Made by a program: the position numbers and the translations under genes
Notes under the pieces: generated by a model
Told to the model about the DNA's origin: nothing
Seen by the model: the letters and a program-made list of their open reading frames with translations, nothing else
Databases searched by the model: none
Assembly (NCBI GenBank): GCA_965235115.1
Contig: OZ249436.1
Coordinates: 37,884,001 to 37,948,000, forward strand
Origin: Laetmonice hystrix
Lineage: Eukaryota
DNA: 64,000 nt
Direction of reading: 5' to 3'
In this document: positions 24,101-36,100 of the stretch, piece after piece
How the letters are laid out: each line of letters opens with the position of its first letter
How positions within the stretch are numbered: the first letter of the stretch is position 1

Positions 24101-27100
24101 ATCCCTGTGGTTCAACATTATTTGACATGATTGAAAGTACAGTTTCTTAGATTTTATTAGATTTTATTTTTTAATGTCATGTAAATTAAAAGCAATGACA
24201 TTGGCATGCTTGGCAGTGCTTGAGTAATACATAAACTTGTTTTTGTTCAACAATAATATAAGTATATATTTTTTTCAGTATCTCCGACTTACCTTTGATG
24301 GTGAGACTGGACTACTAAAGAGTTTGACCAACAAGGAGAAGTCACTGACCACTTCTGTCAGGCAACAATTCTTGTTTTACGTCGGTTACCAAGGAAACAA
24401 CAGTGCTGGCGAGTTCCAGGCATCAGGGGCATACATCTTCAGGCCAGTTAACCAATCAGCTAACAGCATAGCTGACAAGGTCACCCTCAAGGTTTACAAG
24501 GTCAGATTTCCTATATAGCTGTCAGTGCCATAGGGGTTATACTAGAAGCTCTTTACCAATACCAAATGTTATAATCAAAGACGTGTATAAAAAAAGTCAT
24601 GTTTTATCGCTTTTGTTGTTAATTTACCAACATAGCCTGTATGGTCAGGAAAGTGACATTTTGGTGAGGTGATGACGTCAGGACGTAGAGTGACAGCAGG
24701 GTCAGTAAAGTAACGTTTTGTTGAGGTCATGATGTCAGGACGTACAGTGACAGAAGGGCCAGTAAGGTAACGTATTTGTGAGGTCATGATGTCAGGACGT
24801 AGAGTGACGGAAGGGTCAGTAAAGTAACGTTTTGGTGAGGTCATGTTATCAGGACGTAGAGTGACAGTAGGGTCAGTAAAGTAACGTTTTGGTGAGGTCA
24901 TGATGTTAGGACATCGGGTGACAGAAGGGTCAGTAAAGTAACGTTTTGGTGAGTCATGATGTCAGGATGTAGAGTGACAGAAGGGTCAGTAAAGTAACGT
25001 TTTGTTGAGGTCATGATGTCAGGACGTAGAGTGACAGAAGGGTCAGTAAAGTAACGTTTTGGTGAGGTCATGATGTCAGGACGTACAGTGACAGAAGGGC
25101 CAGTAAAGTAACGTTTTGTTGAGGTCATGATGTCAGGACGTAGAGTGACAGAAGGGTCAGTAAAGTAACGTTTTGGTGAGGTCATGATGTCAGGAGGTAG
25201 AGTGACAGAAGGGCCAGTAAAGTAACGTTTTGGTGAGGTCATGATGTCAGGACGTAGAGTGACAGAAGGGCCAGTAAAGTAACGTTTTGTTGAGGTCATG
25301 ATGTCAGGATGTAGAGTGACAGAAGGGCCAGTAAAGTAACGTTTTAGTGAGGTCATGATGTCAGGACGTAGAGTGACAGAAGGGTCAGTAAAGTAACGTT
25401 TTGTTGAGGTCATGATGTCTGGACGTAGAGTGACAGAAGGGCCAGTAAAGTAACGTTTTGGTGAGGTCAGGGTATCAGGACGTATTTAACATGATGTTGT
25501 TTGTAGGGTGTCAGTGTCCAGGAAGGGTGGCAGGTATTTAACATGACTTTGTTTGTAGGGTGTCGGTGTCCAGGAAGTATGGCAGATATTTAACGAATGG
25601 ACCAGTCAGGTTGTCCGACTGTACGTTGTTTGTAGGGTGTCGGTGTCCAGGTAGTGTGGCAGGTATTTAACATGACGTTGTTTGTAGGGTCCAGGCAGTA
25701 TGGCAGGTACGGTATTTAACATACCGTATTTAACATGACTTTGTTCGTAGGGTGTCTGTGTCCAGGAAGTGTGGCAGGTATTTAACATGACGTTGTTTAT
25801 AGGGTGTCAGTGTCCAGGAAGGGTGGCAGGTATTTAACATGACTTTGTTTGTAGGGTGTCGGTGTCCAGGAAGTATGGCAGATATTTAACGAATGGACCA
25901 GTCAGGTTGTCCGACTGTACAACAATGACCGACACGCCGAGTTTGAATGGACTGTCGGACCAATCAAAGCTGAGTAAGGACAACTTTGATCCCTGTTTCA
26001 ACCTTCAGCTCCCTCATATTTAGAAAAACATCATTAGTAGTTAATGTCTCCTTCAGTTGTGTTAAGTACTTTACCAGTAGTTTATAACAATAAGAAGGAT
26101 AGCGCATTTCATACGAGGAATCTATAAAAGCGGTAATAAAAGTGTGCTTATACATACATTGTGTACGCATTGACTTTATCGTTGATGTGTAAGCCGCCAT
26201 GTTGAGTGGACCTGTTTGTGTGTGTAGTTGACGTGTAAGCCACCATGTTGAGTGGACCTGTTTGTGTGTATAGTTGACGTGTAAGCGACCATGTTGAGTG
26301 GACCTGTTTGTGTGTGTAGTTGATGTGTAAGCGACCATGTTGAGTGGACCTGTTTGTGTGTGTAGTTGATGTGTAAGCCACCATGTTGATGGACCTGTTT
26401 GTGTATATAGTTGATGTGTAAGCCACCATGTTGATGGACCTGTTTGTGTGTATAGTTGATGTGTAAGCCACCATGTGGAGTGGACCTGTTTGTGTGTATA
26501 GTTGATGTGTAAGCGACCATGTTGAGTGGACCTGTTTGTGTGTATAGTTGATGTGTAAGCCACCATGTTGAGTGGACCTGTTTGTGTATATAGTTGATGT
26601 GTAAGCCACCATGTTGATGGACCTGTTTGTGTGTATAGTTGATGTGTAAGCCACCATGTTGATGGACCCGTTTGTGTGTGTAGTTGATGTGTAAGCCACC
26701 ATGTTGAGTGGACCTGTTTGTGTGTGTAGTTGACGTGTAAGCCACCATGTTGAGTGGACCTGTTTGTGTGTGTAGTTGATGTGTAAGCCACCATGTTGAG
26801 TGGACCTGTTTGTGTGTATAGTTGATGTGTAAGCCACCATGTTGATGGACCTGTTTGTGTATGTAGTTGACGTGTAAGCCGCCATGTTGATGGACCTGTT
26901 TGTGTGTATATAGTTGATGTGTAAGCCACCATGTGGAGTTGACCTGTCTGTGTGTATAGTTGATGTGTAAGCCACCATGTTGATGGACCTGTTTGTGTGT
27001 GTAGTTGATGTGTAAGCCACCATGTGGAGTTGACCTGTCTGTGTGTATAGTTGATGTGTAAGCCACCATGTTGATGGACCTGTTTGTGTGTGTATAGTTG

Positions 27101-30100
27101 ATGTGTAAGCCACCATGTGGAGTGGACCTGTTTGTGTGTATCGTTGATGTGTAAGCCACCATGTTGATGGACCTGTTTGTGTGTGTAGTTGATGTGTAAG
27201 CCACCATGTGGAGTGGACCTGTTTGTGTGTGTAGTTGATGTGTAAGCCACCATGTTGATGGACCTGTTTGTGTGTATAGTTGATGTGTAAGCCACCATGT
27301 GGAGTGGACCTGTTTGTGTGTATCGTTGATGTGTAAGCCACCATGTTGATGGACCTGTTTGTGTCTATAGTTGATGTGTAAGCTACCATGTTGATGGACC
27401 TGTTTGTGTGTGTAGTTGATGTGTAAGCCACCATGTTGATGGACCTGTTTGTGTGTATATAGTTGATGTGTAAGCCCCCTGTTTGTGGTTGGTTACAGTG
27501 ATAACGTAGGCCGGGAGGTTGTCACCCTGTTTGAGACAGACCTCGACTCTAACGGAGCCTTCTACACCGACGCTAACGGCCGAGAAGTTCTCAAACGAGT
27601 GTCAGTAAATCTCTCGATGTGCTCTCAGTCCAGTAATAGGGGTTAGATTTATTATGATCAAAATGTCAGAATACAGGCGTGGTGAAAGCTACCAGAGGGG
27701 CACTGGAACGCGTAAAGCCAAAGGGAAGTAATTAGAGAATGGCTGATCAGAAAACGATAATATGTGGGGTAATGTTTTACCCCTCTGGACTATACTGGGG
27801 GTTTCTGATTGTTTAGGGTTTTTTTTAGCTTTTTTTTAGTAAAACCTGCTGTTGTGCTGACAGGAATAATGAATCAGACCTTCATAGATTCTTGAATCCA
27901 AAAGGTATTCGTTGGAAAGTCATTGGTCCTGCCCTTTATATAGCTGTGTAAACGTCGGTATGAATGATTTTCAGGAGAAACTTCCGCCCGACTTGGAAGC
28001 TGAACCAAACTGAACCGGTCGCCGGCAACTATTACCCAATTAACAGTAGGATTTACATACAGGTGATTCAACTACGTGAAATACGATCGTATCTTTATTA
28101 CAACCAATAAGAATTTCCTCGTGAGAGCTCTCCAGAGCCCCAATGTTTGTAACCTTTGAATTAATAGTCTCCCCTGCCTTTTTTCAACTTCCTGTATCCT
28201 CTAGAAATGTTCTCGTTTTAAAGCACCTGGTAAGTAATGTACTGTTTTTGATTGTTTTTATTATTTTTAGGATGAGTCCAAGAAGACCCAGTTTACCATA
28301 CTGACGGACAGATCAGAAGGGGGTGGCAGTATCAAGGATGGACAGATAGAGATTATGGTATGATGTCTAGAGGACAGATAATATTATGATATATATGGGT
28401 AAATGAAGCTATAGGAGGGCTAAAATCATGCAAAGATGTAATTTTGAAAGAATTGTTGCTCTGAGTAAACCTTTCAGTGATAGGGGTGTCACCTTTGACC
28501 TTGTGTGATTGTGTACCCCCCGCCCCTCAGGTTCACCGTCGTACGATGGACGATGACGCCCTGGGTGTGGGAGAACCGCTCAACGAAACGGGAATCTCCG
28601 GCAAAGGGCTCGTTGTGCGAGGTAAAGTATAATCTATTCTATCATTGTCGGCAATACGACAGTGCTATCCCATAAAACGGATAGCTGTTAAAGTTCTTGG
28701 GTTGGCTGAAGAGTTGGGAAAATGTAGGCAAGAGTTAGTCGGGTTTAGTCGTTGGTGGCGGGCGGCATTAGTTCTCCGTTCTACTCGCCAGGGGGCAGCT
28801 CTAATGCATGTTAAAGTTGTGAGGTTTTGGTGCTGGGACGAATCGCCAGGTGGCAGTGCAAAACGTGACATGGTCTGCGTTCTTCGGGAAAACGTGGCTG
28901 AATATATTTTATTCCGAACGAAAGCATGAATTTCTTTTTTTTTTAAGAATTATAAATATTTTTTGTCGACTTTGTTCGGTGTGTAGGTAAACACCTGGTC
29001 CTGTTCGACACAATTGAATCGTCAGCATCACTACACCGTGATCTGGGTGAAAGGGTCTACATGGCACCCTTAGTGAGCTTTGGTGTACCTCAGATGTCAC
29101 CGAGTGACTACAGCAAAACCTACCGGGTCGAGGTTAGTCAAATATACTGCTACCACTCAACACTCACAATGAAATAATAGATAATAGACTACACCAAAAC
29201 CTACCGGGTCGAGGTTAGTCAGAACACTCACAATGAAATAATTGATGTTTGTGTGTGTGTTTTGGTGGCAACTTAATTTTATAACTTCAAGTTAATCTGA
29301 TGTAATTTTGATCCTATGGAAGTGGAAGGTTATAATAGAGGTTTCTTGTCATAACCAGTGTTTCACTGTGAGCATTGACCAGATTTCAGTCAATGATTGT
29401 TACCGAGTAGAAGTAAAGATATCTCTTCTAAGTAACTTTGCCGAATTCTACAATTTTGTATATCATGTAGTCTGAACTTTACTTCTTAGCTGCTCTGCCT
29501 TGTGTTGGTCAAGGTTTGTTGTGTTATGTTATGTTTTTTTTTACGTAATATGACGTCATTGCTCTCAGTGGTCGGGATTGAAGACGTCACTTCCTGCCAA
29601 CGTGCACCTGTTGACCCTGGAGCAGTGGTACGGGAGGACGATCCTCCTGCGTCTCGAGCATTTCTACGAGACAGGCGAGGACGCCACACTCTCTCAGCCG
29701 GCCAAGGTCGCGCTCAAGGTCAGACCCCTGGTGGGGGTGAAAGGAAGCGTGTGAAGGGGGTTAACTTATGCAGATTTATGATGACTTCATAAAATGAAAA
29801 AACCTAGAGGAAGAAAAAAGTGCTGTCCAAGCCGAAACTTTCCATTTTAACCATGTACTTTTATTTATATTATATATATTATTTGCCGGACAGGACCTAT
29901 TCGTACCGTTCTCCGTGACGTCAGTACGGGAGCTCACCCTGGGAGCCAATCAGGATCTGACCATGGCCAAACGGTTGTCGTGGAATGTTGCTGGTCGCAG
30001 TACTAACGGAGGTCTGTACATGCTTTATTTATTGTTTTCTTTTGTATGCGTCATTCGTTTGAAAACTAGAATAGATCACTTCAAAGTGATGAGGGAAACA

Positions 30101-33100
30101 ATAAGAACATTGTCTTGGTCATTAAAGTTTTCGGTTACTCGTGAATAAAACTTTGAAGATTCCTGCAAAAAATAAGAATCAAAGCGTCAGATGCCCTAAC
30201 CTTGTAAGCCTACGATTGAAATAAGGTGTCGGTACTTCTTGGAATCGCCACGCTCTATGAAAGCTTCACTTGTGAAAACTAAAGTTACTGACACGCTTGA
30301 CAAGACAATGATGTCTTTATTCTTACCACACCTACCCCCGACCCTGTTCAGCATAATATCCTTGCAATATGAGTGTGGAACATTGGCATTTTTTTCCATG
30401 GCTGTAATGTAGAGATTTTTTCTTTCTCATCTATAAATGGATACTTACGCGAGCCGTGCATGTTAAGAATGTAAAGCGCTTACATTGACCAAGTGAGTTG
30501 GCAGTGATTTTTTAGTTGGTTTCTGTTTTGACGTGGAATTCAAATAAGTCTTAGTGTATTTTTCAGTTATTCTTGCCAAGAATACGTAGTCATTAGCAGA
30601 ACGTCGTATGTAATATGATCTCGACCCGTATCCGGAAGTGTGTACGCGGTACGCAATAATCGTTTCCGGTTAGGACGACATTACCCATCCGAGTAATGAG
30701 AACTCGCAAAGTTCATCTCAGTACAAACTCTGTGCCTCTTCACATTCTCACATGTTTCTTGGGGAGATATATGTTCCCAGATGGTAGAGGGGTTGAACCC
30801 CAGTAGACGTCAACGTTTGTACGTTGTGTGGTAACTGTTAGGTAGCCGTACAAGTTGCACTCAGTGGGGCCGAGTGCTGCTTGGCCTGCCAGGGTCACTT
30901 CACCCAGTTGTGGTCGTTTACCTGACAATAGTTGTTGCATGTCGTGATGTTGTGGCGGTAGGGACCACCCCCACACCAAATTTAATAGTTTGGGAGAGTA
31001 AATGCTGCACTTGTTGTAGGGTTTAAACTTGCATGGCTCCGTAGAACATGTTAGTACTATAGAAGGATGCGGGGACGTAAAACAGTTTTTTTTTTGAATG
31101 ATAGATCAGGAAATCCAGAGAATCCAGGTATAATATCATTTTTTTTTATAAATTATTGTAAAGCCGTGAAAATGAAATCATCGGCTATCAAGGATCCTTC
31201 AGTCTAGTGAGATAACGTTATGTTACGTTGACATAAGGTTTTAGGGGTTACACGAGGGGTGAGTGGGTGTGGTAGCTACCCAAGGGACGGGGGTAATCTC
31301 AGCCACCCCGCAGGTGTATGTCTCCACCACCAGTTTAACCGAACCACCGGCGGCCACATCCTGTACCCCCCCCCCGGCCGTCACGGCTCCCGTACATACT
31401 TCACGACCCGGCCCCGTGCCGCTCGGCCGGCGGTCCGAGCACAGGGCCGGGCTTTCCCCGCCCCACCCCGGCCGCCGCTGTTCCTGATCCCCGCCGGGGG
31501 CCGAGCTCGCTCACCCACCCACCCATCGTCCTCCCGCATACTGCCCTCAGGGCGGGCGCTGACATTTAGCAGGTTTTGTCCCAATGATGACGGTAACTTA
31601 ACCTCACAATTGAGTCACACGGCGCACATCAGACTGACTGTCTGCCTATTAACAATACCTCGACATTTCTTCACCGACCAACCCCAACATTACCTGTGAT
31701 CGCTGGTCGTGTAGGGATCAGACAGTCAACCAGACGCCGAGCCAAAGTCACCACTTAACTACTCGTAACAGGCCAAAGTGGGGTGTTCTCTAAATTAGCT
31801 CTTTGTCAGCATTCAGAATTAATTTATTTTCAGATTTCGTGAATTTCTGTTATTTTGTTGTCGTTTTGGACGGATAACGACGTTTCTGATCTCAGATTTG
31901 TAATTAAGTCTGACAAGGTGGGCTGGGTTACTCAGATGTTTTCGACTCACTATCGGTGTTATGTCAGGCTTTCACAGGGACAGACTGATGGACCTGCGTA
32001 TCTAAGGACGTTATTTTTACCATTTCTCTAACACAAACAACACTTGATGAAACCCATACAGACATACACTGTTTCTGTCAGGTTTTACTCATAACAAAAT
32101 GAAGAATGTAGTGTTACTGTTTACGGCTGGTCTTTGACACTAAAGTGACAAGCACTGACGTTAAGTAAGTACAGTGCCATGTTAGTAGACTGAAATCTTT
32201 ATCTGGTGAAACCTAATCATAATACCCTCATCATACAGGACGGAGAACCAGTACACTGACGTCACGCTAAAAGTTGCCATCCAATGATAATACTATGTAT
32301 TATATAAATGCGGAATATATACAATGCACAACTTTTACGAATTTTCTTATTGGGAAAGTTTTAGTTGGTGTTATTGGCTGCCGTGTAGCAGGGTTAGAAT
32401 ATTTCAATCTCTGAATGGAAACCGGTGAGGGTATGATCACAGATGTACGGTGGGTTTGATGTTGGAGGGTCTGTGGACCCAGAGATGGTTGAACACCCCC
32501 CCCCCCCCACCACCACCACCGCCACCACCACCACCACCACCACCACCACCACCACAAACATTGACCATTGATAGTAGAGGGTGACCGTAGACTGGTCTCT
32601 GAATGAACACCGGTCAGTCGACCCTGGGTGAGGGTATGATCACAGATGTACGGTGGGTTTGATGTTAGAGGGTCTGTGTACCCACAGATGGTTGAACACT
32701 GCCCCCCCCCCCACCACCACCACCACCACCACCACACAAACATTGACCATTGATAGTAGAGGGTGCCGTAGACTGGTCTCTGAATGGACACCGGTCAGCC
32801 GACCCTGGGTGAGGGTATGATCACAGATGTACGGTGGGTTTGATGTTGGAGGGCCTGTGTACCTACAGATGGTTGACCCCACCACCACCACCACCACCAC
32901 CGCCACCACCACCACCACCGTCATCTTAAGACACAAAGGTCCTTTTGTCACACTGATGTTTTTTGCTTTAATTTGTCTTTGAAAAAAAAGATTCTTTTAA
33001 CAAAAGTGATGTAACCTAGGTACCTTTTAACACAAAATGGGAAAAGTTTCGGACTTGGATAGTTTAGGAAATATAGCGACAACATTCCTCACCAGTGGTC

Positions 33101-36100
33101 CCTTTGTAACCCCCATCATATAATGTTGTCATGTAGACCTATTCAGTGTTCAAAATGCCCGAATAACGCTTTTGAATAAGAAATCCCTATTCACCGCAAC
33201 AAATTTCACCAAAATCAAAAAGAAAACAAAGTAAAATTTTGATTTCAAATTTTGAGCAATCAAGTTCATTCACAACCACGCCCCGACAGACCGTTTGCTA
33301 TCAAAAATACTGACCTATTGCAGTTTTTATTAAAATTATCGTTTATATAACGCAAATGTTACAATAAAGTAGCTTAGAACCTATGGATTGTGATTTAATT
33401 GTCAGGAAATCCTTTCTCGGCCGATTAATTATTTTCAGTGATTTTTGATCTATTAAATCCCGGCGGGTATATTTTATGGACTGGTCCCTTTGTCACTCGG
33501 CCGTTTTCATGTCTTTACAAGACTAGCAGCCATTTAGATTAATTTTACCTTATGTACTGGAATTAATCAAATATAATGAGCAATTTTATTTTTTTCAATT
33601 AAGTCCCAGTGATGTTATTTGTTTGAATGGCTAGGGTTAGGGTTAGGCTAGGGTTAGGGCTAGGGTTAGGGCTAGGGTTAGTTAGGGTTACGGCATCCCG
33701 GTATAGAGCAGGTGTCCCGGTATGGGGAAAAGTTGCCTGAAACCTGGAGCGTGATTATATTATCAGGAAAATATTTTTCGCCATATAAATTATTTGACAT
33801 TGATTTTCATATATTAAAACCTGCCGGGGTATTTTTTATTGAATGGTCCTTTTGTCACCTGACCTTTTCAGGTTCTCGTCGTTACAAGAATTGCAGCCAT
33901 TTAGAGAGATTTTACCTTATGTATTGGAATTAATAAAATATAATAAGCAATCTCACCTTTTTAAATTAAGTCTGAGGCATGGTATTTGTTAAAATGGCTA
34001 GGGTTAGGGTTAGTTAGGGTTACGGTTCGGTTTAGTTAGGGCTGGTATCCCGGTATAGAGCAGGTGTCCCGGTATGGGGAAAAGTTACCTGAAAGCTGGA
34101 GTGTGATTATATTGTCAGGAAAATATTTTCTGCCACATTAATTAGTTTTAATGGATTTTGATACATTAAAACCTGGCGGTGTATATTTTATTGAGTGGTC
34201 CTTTTGTCACCCGGCCGCTTGAGTGGTCAGGGTTAGGTAGGCCTTGCGTCCCGGTATAAAACTGGTGTCCGAGTATAGGGCTAATGTCTCGGTATAGGGC
34301 TGGTGTCCCGTTATAGGGCTTGTGACCCGGTATGGGGCTGGTGTCCCGGTATAGGGCCGGTGTCCCGCTATAGGGCTGGTGTCCCGTTATAGGACAGGTG
34401 TCCCGGTATGGGGCCGGTGTCCCGGTATAGGGCCGGTGTCCTGAAATGGGGCCGGTGTCCCGATATGGCACATGTGTCCCGATATGGGGCTGGTGTCCCG
34501 GTATCGGGCCGATGTCCCGGTATAGGGCCGGTGTCCTGATATGGGGCCGGTGTCCCGGTATGGGGCTGGTGTCCCGGTATAGGGCCGGTGTCCTGATATG
34601 GGGCCGGTGTCCCGGTATGGGGCTGGTGTCCCGGTATAGGGCCGGTGTCCCGGTATGGGGCTGGTGTCCCGGTATAGGGCCGGTGTCCTGATATGGGGCC
34701 GGTGTCCCGGTATGGGGCCGGTGTCCCGGTATAGGGTTGGTGTCCCAGTATAGTGCTGGTGTCCCGATATAGGACATGTGTCCCGGTATAGGGCTGGTGT
34801 CCCGGTATAGGGCTGGTGTCCCGATATGGGACATGTGTCCCGGTATAGGGCTGGTGTCCCGAAATAGGACAAGTGTCCCGAAATAGGACAAGTGTCCCGG
34901 TATGGGGCTGGTGTCCCGGTATGGGGCTGGTGTCCCGGTATAGGGCTGGTGTCCCGGTATAGGGCCGGTGTCCCGGTATAGGGCCGGTGTTCCGGTATAG
35001 GGCCGGTGTCCTGAAATGGGGCCGGTCTCCCGGTATGGGGCTGGTGTCGCGGTTTCGGGCCGGTGTCCCGGTACAGGGCCGGTGTCCCGGTATAGGGCCG
35101 GTGTCCTGATATGGGGCCGGTGTCCCGGTATGGGGCTGATGTCCCGGTATAGGGCTGGTGTCTCGGTATAGGGCTGGTGTCCCGGTATGGGGCCGGTGTC
35201 CCGATATGGGGCAGGTGTCCCGTTATCGGGCTGGTGTCCCGGTATAGGGCTGGTGTTCTGGTATAGGGCTGTTGTACTGGTATAGGGCTTGTGTCCCGGT
35301 ATGGGGCTGGTGTCCCGGTATAGGGCCGGTGTCCCGGTATAGGGCCGGTGTCCCGGTATAGGGCCGGTGTCCCGGTATAGGGCCGGTGTCCTGATATGGG
35401 GCCGGTGCCCCTGTATGGGGCCGGTGTCCCGGTATGGGGCCGGTGTCCCGGTATGGGGCCGGTGTCCCGGTATAGGGCCGGTATTCCGGTATAGGGCCGG
35501 TGTCCCGGTATAGGGCCGGTGTCCTGATATGGGGACGGTGTCCCGGTATGGGGCCGGTGTCCCGGTATAGAACCGGTGTCCCGGCATAGGGCCGGTGTCC
35601 CGGCATAGGGCCGGTGTCCCGGTATAGGGCCGGTGTCCTGATATGGGGCCGGTCTCCCGGTATGGGGCTGGTGTCGCGGTTTAGGGCCGGTGTCCCGGTC
35701 TAGGGCCGGTGTCCCGGTATAGGGCCGGTGTCCTGATATGGGGCCGGTGTCCCGGTATAGGGCCGGTGTCCCGGTATGGGGCTGGTGTCCCGGTATAGGG
35801 CTGGTGTCCCGGTATAGGGCTGGTGTCCCGGTATAGGGCCGGTGTCCTGATATGGGGCCGGTCTCCCGGTATGGGGCTGGTGTCCCGGTATGGGGCTGGT
35901 GTCCCGGTATAGGGCCGGTGTCCTGATATGCGGACGGTGTCCCGGTATGGGGCCGGTGTCCCGGTATAGGGCCGGTGTCCCGGTATAGGGCCGGTGTCCC
36001 GGTATAGGGCCGGTGTCCCGGTATAGGGCCGGTGTCCCGGTATAGGGCCGGTGTCCTGATATGGGGCCGGTCTGCCAGTATGGGGCTGGTGTCCCGGTAT

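Noticed and set aside
25964..27434. Long minus-strand ORFs (343-444 aa)
   Set aside because: They are open in all three frames because the minisatellite lacks stops on that strand.
20255..27487. Regular arrays as CRISPR-like loci
   Set aside because: The units are contiguous with no unique spacers, there are no cas genes, and the context is eukaryotic introns.
33629..34042. True telomere or chromosome fusion site
   Set aside because: The tracts are short, degenerate and embedded in a duplicated block of a mobile element.
34166..35606. 473-aa Pro/Gly/Thr-rich ORF
   Set aside because: It is a translation of the 19-bp minisatellite.
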